Source: Candidatus Altimarinota bacterium (GTDB lineage: Bacteria > Patescibacteriota > Gracilibacteria > UBA1369). Taken from it: a DNA stretch of 64,000 nucleotides. The first letter of the stretch is position 1, and every line of letters starts with the position of its first letter. This document shows positions 30,301 through 39,982 of the stretch, piece after piece. A model generated the notes under the pieces. The model was not told where the DNA came from. It saw nothing but the letters and a program-made list of their open reading frames with translations, and ran no database searches. The translations under genes and the position numbers were made by a program. The DNA is taken from NCBI GenBank assembly GCA_963677745.1, contig OY782391.1, forward strand, positions 1,088,001 through 1,152,000, read 5' to 3'.

Positions 30301-30330
30301 TATCCTAATCTGATCAAGGGGACACTGTAA
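27307..30330 (+). CDS. large Thr-rich surface / S-layer-like protein
   Basis: N-terminal TM, LAPA repeats, poly-Thr linkers, C-terminal SLH-like motifs (NYIEILAIF, ANREDMANFL). Confidence 0.7.
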   Translation: MQISKKWLTIAGGVALVVVIGLAVGLNQGGLFKGTLTQFNTLGTTKELTTITRQTNTEGQVLDTVLTRKTDASGVSHDILVDQAVKAAFVEPLATKTASSFVGTPVMTLDMKMLKEKGYSAIYFKVQDVAPVRLTPAPEPNLSVAQPLLPIQPSADTISIAPTVDTGSITDKLSAPVESATGLTDLTISQDTGITTITDQPLTIKDSAVINKDLTLAPATDTLSVSNDLILAPAQDTATLKDITLAPALNAVDTITNTTTETRSAPSTLNLTTTDSLVKGTTTTTTTTTDTLAAPPASLNLRTSWIPSAHAAVGQINLTLASDNIAKLDLSQITADGDYMINLGTIGLSIPIKASGVTPLLPAAQEEIQISFGPAVTGQLLSKNSVDVKVSDTKVSSSYLTPKMVNSITYVGQIDDNADGNYVDGKENIAIASLLPSYHLMYGTQVMSPTTPINADGTITFGSSNGPGLLGVQPDQTKTMQLVADSVKPHPTLQNDVKIRFHVKEYTFTEAGVNSVNNAINNPPDIVLPKECQAIDKFAFDPMILTYDGGIATPKVQSTKMKAYESTNVLNLDLVGFCQTDLATKANLPANTTGLYLELVDQTGVVIDNESLVLAAYPADGYTNLMNGFLTSVKKVDDPNLDYVEFTNDFSKTDLGGGVTLKSGQTYTLNVKATDSNGVTSNNVTASYKLVNNAKSLTVVPRLSSTTTTTTTPSTTTTTPSTTTTTPSTTTTTTTPSTSTTPSTVNNYYYTTPATTTIPATTTTAPVAVQTPAATTSSSTPCVVGDKTFYLAGGPSSTYCKDLQVLVNTNLPTPTPTIFTLDQSGDTAQVRYTTGLATLRILKEMGATFKTRNLSSDWYMDFADSSKIAASTANEIKDFQTVFSNGVLLGRENATTGTRTLDGAGRVNYIEILAIFKQALSNGLGVTITLNKANLPESILKAYNNDPAGWQWIAEAYSFGVQYNLIEKDDYDSMTVFNYANREDMANFLSNFKTFIQKYPNLIKGTL
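29420..29540 (+). repeat. coding tandem repeat, ~21-bp unit encoding PSTTTTT
   Basis: actcc(c/g)agcactactaccacg repeated with degenerate copies. Confidence 0.8.
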
Positions 30331-30362
30331 GAGAAAATCACTGAGATTATTGAACTTGATGA

Positions 30363-30393
30363 AAGAAACCCCCGCCGCCGGCGGGGGTTTCTT
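30363..30393 (+). terminator. intrinsic terminator
   Basis: aagaaacccccgcc-gcc-ggcgggggtttctt. Confidence 0.85.
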
Positions 30394-30492
30394 ATTAACC
30401 ATTTGCCGTATAGTGTCAAGCTGAAGAGCTCTACGGGATGTTATATTCGGGCTATTTTTATGTTATAATTTCCAGATAAATTAATCCGCATC

Positions 30493-33400
30493 ATGAATAG
30501 AAACTTTTTCAGTTCCGCCCATGGAAAAATTTCCCGGATCCTGGCTGGTTTGATAATGTTCTCTCTCCTGGCAGGAAGCGTGTCCGCCCAAAAAATTGCC
30601 AACAAGCCCGTGGAACCCTTTTATCGTGCCGTATCTGCCACTGTTCCCGCTGAATATGAACCGGAAGTGACCTATCTCTCACCCGAAAAAGCAGCCCCCA
30701 TTGAATTCTCCAGTTTGGGAGCCAGTTGGAGCCAGCAGCAGCCCGCAGGTACATCGGTGGAAGTTGAAGTCAGACTGAAAAGTAAAGGCAAGTATTCCGC
30801 CTGGTATCAGCTGGACGCCAGCACCGACGACAAATATGGCGAAGAGAATCAGGGGGAAGTATCGTCTTTTTTAACTACCAGCCTGGCGGACGGATATCAG
30901 TACAGAGTAAGCCTTAATTCCCAGACCGGTACCGACACTCCAATCCTGGACAATTTAAAGTTTACTTTTATCAATGGTGGCACCCCGCAGCAAAGAACCA
31001 ATTTGCTGGCCGACAGTATTTCCCCCCAATCGGGGGCGGATCTGCCACTGGTCAGATCGACCGGCCTGGTTGCTCAAGCGGAATCGACCCTGATTCCCGC
31101 CAAACCGAAAAGCACTGTTACACCTCCCGCCCAGCCAATACGGCGCAAAAGTACAACTTCCTCCTCTCTGAAAATTATCAGCAGAGCCGACTGGGGGGCC
31201 GATGAAAGTCTCAGACTCTACAATCCGGATACCCAAAAAGATGCCAAGTTGGTAACGCTCGAAGACGATTATTATACAAAATTTGCGGATGAATTGAAGG
31301 AATCCAGGCGAGTGGAAACAGACGAAAACGGCAAACCACTCACTTGGCCGCTCAGTTATCCCGAATCCGTCAAAAAAATTATTGTCCACCACACTGCCAC
31401 CGCCAAGGATCTTGACGATCCCATGAAAGCCATCCGGGATATTTACATCTGGCATACGATTTCCAAGGGCTGGGGGGATATCGGCTATAATTACATAATT
31501 GACCAGCAGGGGAATATTTATGAAGGTCGCTATGGCGGTGAAATGGTGGTCGGAGCACATGCCGGCCGTGGTAATCATGGTTCCATCGGTATTGCGGTCC
31601 TCGGCAATTTCCAGGATGAGGATCCGCCGGAGGCGGTAGTTACAGCCTTAACCGCGCTGATCAAAGAAAAGGCCCAAAAATACAACATAGATACGGAAGG
31701 TGATGATCTTTTCCGCGGTGAGAATTATCCCAACATCATGGGACATCGCGAAATTATGTCCACAGCCTGTCCCGGTGACAAACTGTTTGAACTTTTACCG
31801 TTGGTCCGCCAACTGTCCAAGGTCAAAACCACAGCCATCGTCAGCGCCAAAACCAGTGCGGAATACAATTTTGGCTGGGCCGGCACGGGAGCTCCCGTCT
31901 TCACCATCCCGCCCAAAACCAAAAAGACGGTTACCCTTAGACTGAAGAATATCGGCTCCAGGAGCTGGGACAAAGCAACGTATTTTAAAGTCATCAATAA
32001 TAAAAATTCCCAGACTTTTCTGAAAAATTCCCAGGAAATATTGACCGGCACAACCGGCAGGGAAGTAAAACCCGGGGAAACCGTTGAGATCAAACTTCTT
32101 TTGAATGCCACGGCAGTCGGGGGATCCGGTTTGATCGATCTGCAACAGGTAATCGGTGGTAAGACCTCCAGTGGATATCTGAGTTTCGGTCTGCAGGTAA
32201 ACGCGCCGGCACCCAAAAAGAAATACGATTACAGCCTGATCAGCATCATCTACGGTAAAAACGAATTTAAGGCCGGGGAAACCGTGGACGTGACAATCAA
32301 ACTGCGTAACAAGGGGACCGCTCCGTGGCAGAAAACCGGCAGCAATAAGCTTTCTTTGGGAGCCGATAAACCGCGTGACCACAAGAATGTCCTTTTAGCA
32401 AAACCCGCTCCGCGGTTGGCTGCACTGCAGGAAGACCTGGTCCAGTCCGGAGAAATCGGAACCTTTAAATTTTCCATTAAGATCCCCGCTCAGGACGGTA
32501 TCTACCGGGAATATTTCACCCCGGTGGTAGAGGGGATACAGTGGATGGACAATCATAATACATTTTTGCAGGTGAAAGTCGGCAACTCCGACCGTCTGAT
32601 GACTCCCGATGTTGAAGACGCGGCCGCCCCGCAGTCGACCAAGACCGCCGCCGCTTCCACCGGTCCCAATATCGCGGTAACAACGATCAATACACAAAGC
32701 CGTCCCCGTGATATCCGCGTTGATCTGGCCTATCGCGGCAATCCGGCCGTCATCAGCGCCAACGGTAATTTCTCGCTGTTTGAAGGCAACCAAAAAGTGG
32801 CTGACTTCAAAGCCGATCAGCAGGTCAACGTCCAATATGACGGAGCGGTTTTCAAAGTCACGGGCAATCTGAAAACTCACACCATTTCCGGCCGGCCGCG
32901 TTTCCAGCCTTCACTCGGTACCATCATGAGAATAGATAACTGGGAGAGACGCAATACCTGGGGTGATAAGGCCAATAACAATCTGTTCCGCGGCGTGCTG
33001 GAGGTGTTGATTTACAATAAGGAATTGCACGTCATCAATGAATTGCCGCTGGAAGATTATCTGAAGGGGATTGCGGAAGAAAGTTCCACCGCCCCCGCGG
33101 AGAAAATCAAAACCATCATGGTGATCGCCAGAACTTACGCCCGTTTTTATATGGATGTAGTGAAAAAGTTTCCGGGCGCGCCGTTCGACCTGAACGACGA
33201 TCCCAACTATTCCCAGAAGTATCTCGGTTATGCCTTTGAGTCCCGCTCGCCCGAGACGGCGCGCCTGGCCGCCGCCACAGCCGGACAATATGTCACTTAT
33301 AACGGTAAACTGATCAAGACGCCTTATTTCAGCAAATCGGATGGCAAAAAGACTATTTCCGCCGCCGACAAATGGGGCTGGACCGATACACCATTTTTAG

Positions 33401-33561
33401 TCAGCGTCGATGATTCGATGTGCGATTCCACGGCATTCTCCGGCCACGGCGTGGGTTTGTCCGGCTGTGGCGCCACTGCTCTGGCCAAACAGGGAAAATC
33501 TTATCGGGAAATTATCAAATATTATTATCAGGGGGTGGAAGTTACCCAGACGGATTACTAA
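30493..33561 (+). CDS. secreted N-acetylmuramoyl-L-alanine amidase (Amidase_2/PGRP-like) fused to Ig-like domains and a SpoIID/LytB domain
   Basis: IISRADWGA, IIVHHTA, GWGDIGYNY, GHRE..STACPG; two LxNxGxxxW Ig-like repeats; NELPLEDYLKGIAE, ARTYA, QKYLG, GHGVGLS. Confidence 0.9.
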   Translation: MNRNFFSSAHGKISRILAGLIMFSLLAGSVSAQKIANKPVEPFYRAVSATVPAEYEPEVTYLSPEKAAPIEFSSLGASWSQQQPAGTSVEVEVRLKSKGKYSAWYQLDASTDDKYGEENQGEVSSFLTTSLADGYQYRVSLNSQTGTDTPILDNLKFTFINGGTPQQRTNLLADSISPQSGADLPLVRSTGLVAQAESTLIPAKPKSTVTPPAQPIRRKSTTSSSLKIISRADWGADESLRLYNPDTQKDAKLVTLEDDYYTKFADELKESRRVETDENGKPLTWPLSYPESVKKIIVHHTATAKDLDDPMKAIRDIYIWHTISKGWGDIGYNYIIDQQGNIYEGRYGGEMVVGAHAGRGNHGSIGIAVLGNFQDEDPPEAVVTALTALIKEKAQKYNIDTEGDDLFRGENYPNIMGHREIMSTACPGDKLFELLPLVRQLSKVKTTAIVSAKTSAEYNFGWAGTGAPVFTIPPKTKKTVTLRLKNIGSRSWDKATYFKVINNKNSQTFLKNSQEILTGTTGREVKPGETVEIKLLLNATAVGGSGLIDLQQVIGGKTSSGYLSFGLQVNAPAPKKKYDYSLISIIYGKNEFKAGETVDVTIKLRNKGTAPWQKTGSNKLSLGADKPRDHKNVLLAKPAPRLAALQEDLVQSGEIGTFKFSIKIPAQDGIYREYFTPVVEGIQWMDNHNTFLQVKVGNSDRLMTPDVEDAAAPQSTKTAAASTGPNIAVTTINTQSRPRDIRVDLAYRGNPAVISANGNFSLFEGNQKVADFKADQQVNVQYDGAVFKVTGNLKTHTISGRPRFQPSLGTIMRIDNWERRNTWGDKANNNLFRGVLEVLIYNKELHVINELPLEDYLKGIAEESSTAPAEKIKTIMVIARTYARFYMDVVKKFPGAPFDLNDDPNYSQKYLGYAFESRSPETARLAAATAGQYVTYNGKLIKTPYFSKSDGKKTISAADKWGWTDTPFLVSVDDSMCDSTAFSGHGVGLSGCGATALAKQGKSYREIIKYYYQGVEVTQTDY

Positions 33562-33567
33562 AACATC

Positions 33568-33828
33568 ATGAAGGCATTACCCAACGAGGGACAAAGTCCC
33601 TCCAAATCATCAGGGCGCGGCAGATCCAATATCAATCCCCAATTGGTACGCTACACTATTGCCGTTAAAAAAGTCTCCCGCCGGCTGGGGCAATTTGCCG
33701 ATCATGATCTGGATGAAAAATCAATTCTGGCGCTTCTGGACGATACCAGAAGCCAGGTATTAAGCCTGCATATCGCCCGCAAGCAGCTCAAAAACAATCA
33801 TAAAAGAAAACACCGTAACCGCACCTAG
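33568..33828 (+). CDS. hypothetical basic protein
   Basis: ORF starts 6 nt after the amidase stop; no motif. Confidence 0.4.
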   Translation: MKALPNEGQSPSKSSGRGRSNINPQLVRYTIAVKKVSRRLGQFADHDLDEKSILALLDDTRSQVLSLHIARKQLKNNHKRKHRNRT

Positions 33829-34505
33829 GATTCCGGGTGATTTTTACTTTTCCCGGCCATCATTACCACAAACTCCCCTTTGGGATTTTTTTGCGAAAAA
33901 TACTTTGATAATTGGTCGGCTGTGCCGGTCTGAAACTCTTCGTAAATTTTACTGATTTCCCTGGCAACCACTATTTTACGTTCCGGGAAATATTGTTCCA
34001 TTTCCTTGAGGGTCTTTTGGATACGATGGGGGGATTCATAAAAAACTACAGTGTTTTCCTCTTCCTGTAATCTTTTCAGCATAGTCTGGCGGCCCTTTTT
34101 CATGGGCAAAAACCCCAGATAAAGGAAATGGTTGGTAGGTAATCCGCTGGCCGAGAGCGCAGCCAGGAAGGCGGCCGGACCGGGCAGGGGGGACACGGCG
34201 ATACCGGCTTCCCTGGCCGCCCTGACCAGCAGAAATCCCGGATCGGAGATGCCGGGTGTACCGGCATCGGAAATCAAAGCAATATTTTTCCCTGCCACCA
34301 AGGCATCCAGCAGCTCCTGCAGTTTTCTTTCATCCGAAAAGGCATGGAAAGAAGTCATGGGCGTACCTATCTCGTACTTTTTTAAGAGAATTCCGGAAGT
34401 TCTGGTGTCCTCAGCCGCGATCAGATCAACTTCTTTCAGGATACGCAAAGCTCTGGCAGTAATATCTTCCAGATTTCCGATTGGTGTGGCGACTATGTAT
34501 AACAT
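33825..34505 (-). CDS. rsmI: 16S rRNA (cytidine1402-2'-O)-methyltransferase
   Basis: LYIVATPIGNLEDIT, AEDTR, SDAGTPGISDPG, YESPHR, REISK, KGEFV. Confidence 0.97.
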   Translation of the reverse strand: MLYIVATPIGNLEDITARALRILKEVDLIAAEDTRTSGILLKKYEIGTPMTSFHAFSDERKLQELLDALVAGKNIALISDAGTPGISDPGFLLVRAAREAGIAVSPLPGPAAFLAALSASGLPTNHFLYLGFLPMKKGRQTMLKRLQEEENTVVFYESPHRIQKTLKEMEQYFPERKIVVAREISKIYEEFQTGTADQLSKYFSQKNPKGEFVVMMAGKSKNHPES

Positions 34506-34513
34506 CCATTAAA

Positions 34514-34966
34514 TTAAAAAATTTTCTTTTTGGACGGAGAAATCATCGGTTCCGAAGCATAGACGGGTTTGGCTATTTTAACCGGAGGCCAGCCCGTCCG
34601 GAATTTCCCGGAAATCAGCTCCGCAAGTTTATCAGAAGCGGGACTCCGGTCTGTAGCAGAAGACAGTTTTAACTCGAAAATATCAACCTTGCCGCCTCCG
34701 GCTTCTATTGCCAGTGCTAAGATATTGGCCATCGTAACCCCGATGCGGGTCGCGGAAAAATTACCGACGCCGACAACCGAAACAATCCGTGAAATATCGT
34801 TCCATTCTTTCCGGGAATTTTTTAACAGATTTTCCATTTGCTGCGGCACTTTTCTAACCTCGTCCTTTTTTGAAACCCACCCTGCTTCGGCCAACATCCG
34901 TCCCTTTTGATCCAGGAGTAACAGCTCTACGCGGGGCAAGACGGTTTGTATCACCAGAGTAATCAT
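34514..34966 (-). CDS. tsaB: short, divergent TsaB-like protein
   Basis: GVGNFSATRIGVT resembles the TsaB GPGSFTGxRIG motif; C-terminal PVY...P; 150 aa. Confidence 0.6.
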   Translation of the reverse strand: MITLVIQTVLPRVELLLLDQKGRMLAEAGWVSKKDEVRKVPQQMENLLKNSRKEWNDISRIVSVVGVGNFSATRIGVTMANILALAIEAGGGKVDIFELKLSSATDRSPASDKLAELISGKFRTGWPPVKIAKPVYASEPMISPSKKKIF

Positions 34967-34970
34967 ATTT

Positions 34971-36092
34971 TTATCCTGACAGTTTGCAGATATCGACAGG
35001 AGGAGTACCCATGGTATAGGTATCCACCCCGCGATAACTCTTTACTTCAGACTGTATACGCGTGGAGATGGTTGTTTGCAAAGTGATTTTCGGGATTTCC
35101 GACTCATCCAGTCCACCGAATAAGATCAACTGATCCTTACTGGGTCTGGCTTCCAGTGTAATGGTTACTTTAGGCTGTTCCACGGATCCCTGTTCGGCAA
35201 AAGCTTTATGAGGATCCTCTCCCGGTGAGACATTGAAAACCAGCCGGGTGACCGTCGTGCGTTGCGGGCTGATTGCCACAAAACCTTTATAAGGATCGTC
35301 ATTGAGCAGGGAGGATTCCAATGTAGCCAGGCCTCCGCAATCATAATCTTCGGTATTGCAGCAAAAAGTTCCCCTGGTAACACAGTTCAACCACGTTTCC
35401 GTGAGGCCGTCTTTGTTCGTATCGTCCCCGATCTTTTCAATCATGGCCACGCCCCATTTTTCAGGGCTGCCGGATACTCTCTTTCGGGCAAACACGGTTT
35501 TTCTGGTTCCTTCTTTATTGATCAGATAGAGTTCGTCCTTCTTATTCTGGTTTTTAATGGTGCAGCCGGCTGCACCAAATTTATAAATCGGGCAAAAAGC
35601 ATTGGAATCGGGGGCCGGCACGGGGAGGGCTCCAAGATAAGGATACTTGCCGGTATTTAGATCTATTGACGGCTTAAATACCACGCATTCCTGTCCCGTG
35701 TAGGGTTTACCGTCATTGCATAGTGCGCCCAGTCCTCCCGGCTCGGTGATAATGTCGGTAGCTCCCGGTGGATAGGATTTTCCGATGCCCGGATTATAAA
35801 ACTGGGCGGCATAACAACCGTAAAACTCACCATATTGATGGGCGGAATTGGTTGATTTGTTAAAATATTCTTCATAATCAACGGCATTGTTTCTGATGCT
35901 CCGTGAAATTCTTTCCATCATAAACCTGGCATCTTCATAGATATTGTTTTCCAGGTTAAGTCTGGCCTGAATTCTGGTAACATTCATGAAAATATTCAGG
36001 GAAAGAGTCCCGATAAAGGCAAACAATCCCACCGCCACCATTATTTCCACCAGTGTAAAACCTCTCCGCATTATTGATGGTTTATTGATCAT
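34971..36092 (-). CDS. type IV minor pilin / pseudopilin
   Basis: RRG-FTLVE class III signal peptide followed by a hydrophobic helix. Confidence 0.85.
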   Translation of the reverse strand: MINKPSIMRRGFTLVEIMVAVGLFAFIGTLSLNIFMNVTRIQARLNLENNIYEDARFMMERISRSIRNNAVDYEEYFNKSTNSAHQYGEFYGCYAAQFYNPGIGKSYPPGATDIITEPGGLGALCNDGKPYTGQECVVFKPSIDLNTGKYPYLGALPVPAPDSNAFCPIYKFGAAGCTIKNQNKKDELYLINKEGTRKTVFARKRVSGSPEKWGVAMIEKIGDDTNKDGLTETWLNCVTRGTFCCNTEDYDCGGLATLESSLLNDDPYKGFVAISPQRTTVTRLVFNVSPGEDPHKAFAEQGSVEQPKVTITLEARPSKDQLILFGGLDESEIPKITLQTTISTRIQSEVKSYRGVDTYTMGTPPVDICKLSG

Positions 36093-36826
36093 TTATAACT
36101 GGCTAAAAGGCTGGTCAGCACGACCTTGTGAGTTACTTTTCTGGCTCCCTGCCACTGGACGGTCGAAGTCACGACCATCAGATTGGCGGTGGTTGGTAAT
36201 GCCGGACCAATAGTATAGGGAGGACCTGAGATTAATTTGTAATCAATATTAATACTGCGATAAAATTTTGTATTATCAACAAAAGTACCTGCGGCTTTGA
36301 AAGAACCTATAAAATCATAATCATCATTCTTATCTGTTAAAGCACCTATCTGTTTATATTCATTGTCGCTGTTCTCCAGGGGATTCAAATCAAAATTCTT
36401 CAGCATGTACGGGGCATCGTTTACGACACCGTTGGCCAGATTCAGAGCGGGAGTGACCGGTAAAGGATTGAGAACATCCCCCAGTATCATGCCGTTAGTG
36501 GTGTTTGTTGCCGGCAGACGTTCCGTTGGCGCCAGGCCCGTACAGGACAACAGACTGGGCCTGGCATTCCAGCATCCCTTGGGGTTGGCACTGTATTTCA
36601 TCCAGTTGGTATCGCGCAGATTGCGCATATATTCAATCCCTTCCTGCGCCAGATTGAGGGCGATCAGTGAGTCTTTGTTGTAGATACTGGCATCAATGGC
36701 GGTCAGGATCATCGAAGTGGCCGACGCAGAACCTATCACCAGCACCACCAGGGCAAACATAACCTCCAACAGGGTCTCAGCCCTGCTCAGGTTCCTCCAC
36801 CTGATTTTTCTTAATAAGTGTTTCAT
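36089..36826 (-). CDS. type IV minor pilin (PilV-like)
   Basis: RA-ETLLE variant prepilin motif; A.NLAQEGIE..RN.RDTN. Confidence 0.75.
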   Translation of the reverse strand: MKHLLRKIRWRNLSRAETLLEVMFALVVLVIGSASATSMILTAIDASIYNKDSLIALNLAQEGIEYMRNLRDTNWMKYSANPKGCWNARPSLLSCTGLAPTERLPATNTTNGMILGDVLNPLPVTPALNLANGVVNDAPYMLKNFDLNPLENSDNEYKQIGALTDKNDDYDFIGSFKAAGTFVDNTKFYRSINIDYKLISGPPYTIGPALPTTANLMVVTSTVQWQGARKVTHKVVLTSLLASYK

Positions 36827-36832
36827 TTTGGC

Positions 36833-37486
36833 TTAAGTGCAGGGACCAACTTCGGGAATACCCGCCAGTTTATGCATTGTGATAATGCGGCAACCCATCA
36901 GCTTGGGGTTACTGAGCTTAATAGTTATAAAAGGAGATGTACTGACGTCCAGGTTTTCAAAGTTGATATCGGCGTAATTGGGACTATAGAAAATGCTGCC
37001 GGAGGTCTTGGCGCCGGTACCGTCCTGCACATCCAAAATAGTGCCTTCCGGCAGGTACAGACTGTCCAACACCACGTCCTGCCCCAGATCATAGGTGGTC
37101 CCCTCGTCGTAACGCAGTCTTGCCCCCATGGCTCCGCTTTCGGGAGGATTGATATCGGCAAACAATACGACTTGTGGGGCGCTGTCCGTCTGGAAGTGAA
37201 TACCGTAATTGGCCGGAGTCACATAATCCGGGGGACTGGATAAATTGGTTCTTGTATCATGGTCGAAATCAGTGAAATCCAGCTGGCCTTTGCCTGTAAT
37301 AGCCTGACTGCGGGCATTACTGATCAGACTGAACAATTTGGCAAAATTATTGCTGAATAATTGCGTGCTCTGTGATTGTGACAAAGCGTTTAGGGAAAAA
37401 GCCAAAACAATCACTATAATCCCAATGACAATCAATAGTTCAATCAGAGAGTAGGCTTTTCTTGTGGGATAACTTTGTATTTTCAT
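36833..37486 (-). CDS. type IV minor pilin (FimT/GspH-like)
   Basis: KA-YSLIELL prepilin motif; ARSQA; YGIHF. Confidence 0.8.
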   Translation of the reverse strand: MKIQSYPTRKAYSLIELLIVIGIIVIVLAFSLNALSQSQSTQLFSNNFAKLFSLISNARSQAITGKGQLDFTDFDHDTRTNLSSPPDYVTPANYGIHFQTDSAPQVVLFADINPPESGAMGARLRYDEGTTYDLGQDVVLDSLYLPEGTILDVQDGTGAKTSGSIFYSPNYADINFENLDVSTSPFITIKLSNPKLMGCRIITMHKLAGIPEVGPCT

Positions 37487-37628
37487 GTTTATTTCTCGTT
37501 CCGGTCAATACTAACACACAGCCGGAATTTAGCAAAATTCTACTATAATTTTTTAGCGATATGTCTTCCCGTGATTGATAAAACAGTCATATTATGATAT
37601 AATCATCAGACGTAATAACCACAAAACC

Positions 37629-38087
37629 ATGCCAATACAAAACGAACAGGATTTGCACATCATTGCCAATATGCTCAAGCAGATAGACCTTTTTAAAGAG
37701 CTGGACGAAACACTGCACGCTGAAATAATCAAAAACGTCACTTTGGATTATTATCCGGAAAATTTTCTGGTTTTTAAGCAGGGCGAAGCCGGTGACAGGA
37801 TGTATATCATCAAATCGGGCATGGTGAAAATTTATCAGCCGGGAGAGAGTCCGAGTTTTGATAAGGAAATAGCGGTTTTGGCGGACAATGATTTCTTCGG
37901 TGAAATGGCTCTGATTTCCGACACTCCCCGCAATGCCTCGGCCAAAACCGTCGAGCCGACACAGGTCTTTATCATCAAAAAAACCGACTTTTTAAATCTG
38001 ATTTCCAGTAATGCCGGTCTGGCTGAGAAATTCAGTAAGGAATTCCTGGACAGGGTCAAAATGGGGACACGTGAAAAGAACGCTTAA
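37629..38087 (+). CDS. stand-alone cyclic-nucleotide-binding domain protein
   Basis: FKQGEAGDRMYIIKSG.V, FFGEMAL...PRNASA; no HTH. Confidence 0.9.
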   Translation: MPIQNEQDLHIIANMLKQIDLFKELDETLHAEIIKNVTLDYYPENFLVFKQGEAGDRMYIIKSGMVKIYQPGESPSFDKEIAVLADNDFFGEMALISDTPRNASAKTVEPTQVFIIKKTDFLNLISSNAGLAEKFSKEFLDRVKMGTREKNA

Positions 38088-38109
38088 ATTACCTATCTAA
38101 AAGCCGACC

Positions 38110-38703
38110 ATGCTTTTTCTCTACCTGTTGATGTCACATCTTGTTTCCGATTATCTGCTTCAGCCGGACAATCTGGTGGAGTGGAAAAATCAATCCAAAT
38201 GGGGGCTTACTATCCACGCTTTTATCCATTTTTTGTTCAATACACTGGTTTTATATGTTTACACCGGCCGACTGGCCGTGGCAGCCTTGGCCTTATTACT
38301 GGCCATCTTTCACTATACAATCGACCTTACCAAAGCAATCTATGACCGGAAAAACGGCCACCACAGTTTTTCCTACTGGGCGGATCAGCTGGTCCATTAC
38401 GTCAGCTTATTGGTTGTTACCCTGATTGCCTGGCGTTTTGACGGGGTTTTCGCCGGCCGGACAATCGGGACTGGAAACCTCTTCGAATTAATGTTTTTCA
38501 ACCCGTTCATTATCTCGTATTTTAGTCTGGCCATCTTCATTACATTGACCGTTGAATACAGTTCCGGTCTCTATTCAAAAAAGAAACACCGCAGTTTTTC
38601 CATGCTCGATAAAAAAAACATGATCAAAAGGCTGCTGCTGGTCACTATCGTCTATGTCGGACTGTTATTCGCTCTTGTCCCGAGCGTGGGGCTTAACTTC
38701 TGA
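38110..38703 (+). CDS. DUF3307-like membrane protein
   Basis: HLVSDYLLQ...K...H..IH...H..ID..K...DQ..H. Confidence 0.8.
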   Translation: MLFLYLLMSHLVSDYLLQPDNLVEWKNQSKWGLTIHAFIHFLFNTLVLYVYTGRLAVAALALLLAIFHYTIDLTKAIYDRKNGHHSFSYWADQLVHYVSLLVVTLIAWRFDGVFAGRTIGTGNLFELMFFNPFIISYFSLAIFITLTVEYSSGLYSKKKHRSFSMLDKKNMIKRLLLVTIVYVGLLFALVPSVGLNF

Positions 38704-39600
38704 AGTAAGTTTCAAAAAGGTGAAAGTCCAGACAGCCACGGCAAAAACGTGGATTATTCCGTTTAAATAGGAAGCCAGCATCAAGCCGACAACTCCCAGT
38801 CCGCCGCCCAGATAGATGCCGACATATGGTAAGTTGGCCAAGGTCATCAGATAAATCACTGCAATTACAACCACGGGGATCAGCATTACAAACAGCAGCT
38901 GAATTACGATTCTGATACCGATAATTAACATCAGGATGCTTAACAGGACTGTTTCCTCCAGGTTCCGTACCACCAGGTTAAAACTTTTGGTGATGGAGGT
39001 AAAAACTTTCTCTTCATCAATAACTATGTAAAATTCCGAATAGGTCAAAAAGATGGCGATTACAAAAACCGCCAATGAGGCCAGAATAAAGACCGGAGTT
39101 ACCAGTGGTAAAACTTTCCAGCCAAAATTGCGGAGAGAAGTGGCGAGAACCGTATAAATGGAGGTACCACCGACAATCTGGAAAAACAGCGTGTATTCAA
39201 AAAGCGGTAAAAAATACATCAGCCCGAAGGAAAAGCCTTTCCTGGCCGGAATGTCCTGCCCGTTTCTGCGTCTGGCAATCAGCTGTATCAAACCTCCCTG
39301 GCAAATTACCGGTACCAGAAAATAACAAATCACCATCACCACGGCCACGATGATCAAAGGAACGACGATTCCCCGATGTGTCTGTAAAAAATCCAGGCCG
39401 GTGGAGAAAATCAGATAGGTAAAACTCTTATTCCAATTCTCAAAAAGCCTGGAGGAAAGGAACGCGTAATACTGGTAGACCAGATAGACTATCCCTACCA
39501 CGGTCCCAAAAAAAGCGGGGAATGCTCCATACCACATCACCAGTTTTTTGTTTTCCTGGGTAAACTGCCAAGCCTCCGCAACTATTTGCTTATAATTCAT
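38665..39600 (-). CDS. integral membrane protein
   Basis: Six or more hydrophobic helices. Confidence 0.7.
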   Translation of the reverse strand: MNYKQIVAEAWQFTQENKKLVMWYGAFPAFFGTVVGIVYLVYQYYAFLSSRLFENWNKSFTYLIFSTGLDFLQTHRGIVVPLIIVAVVMVICYFLVPVICQGGLIQLIARRRNGQDIPARKGFSFGLMYFLPLFEYTLFFQIVGGTSIYTVLATSLRNFGWKVLPLVTPVFILASLAVFVIAIFLTYSEFYIVIDEEKVFTSITKSFNLVVRNLEETVLLSILMLIIGIRIVIQLLFVMLIPVVVIAVIYLMTLANLPYVGIYLGGGLGVVGLMLASYLNGIIHVFAVAVWTFTFLKLTSEVKPHARDKSE

Positions 39601-39721
39601 CTTTGATCTAAAACTTTGACCTGAATAGATGTAACATAAAAATAATGGCTTGCCAATGTGAAGCTGCTCTGCTAAATTATAGCTCGCGTGTAATAACCTG
39701 TATTTTCTTAGTAATTCACCA

Positions 39722-39982
39722 ATGAAAAGACCAGAAAAGAAGAAGATTATCCAGACCTTTGCGGTACATCCGAAAGATACTGGTTCTCCCCAGGTTCAGA
39801 TTGCCATTCTGACCAACAGGATCAAGCAACTTTCCTCACACCTGGAAGAACATCCAAAAGACAATCATTCCCGGCGTGGACTTTTGATGATGGTAGGTAA
39901 GAGACGAAAACTCCTCAACTACCTTAAGCTCAATGAGAAGGATGTTTATGACGAGCTGATGGGCAAACTTGAGTTAAAATAA
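39722..39982 (+). CDS. rpsO: 30S ribosomal protein S15
   Basis: DTGSPQVQIAILT.RI..L..HL..HPKDNHSRRGLL.MVGKRRKLL.YL. Confidence 0.98.
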   Translation: MKRPEKKKIIQTFAVHPKDTGSPQVQIAILTNRIKQLSSHLEEHPKDNHSRRGLLMMVGKRRKLLNYLKLNEKDVYDELMGKLELK

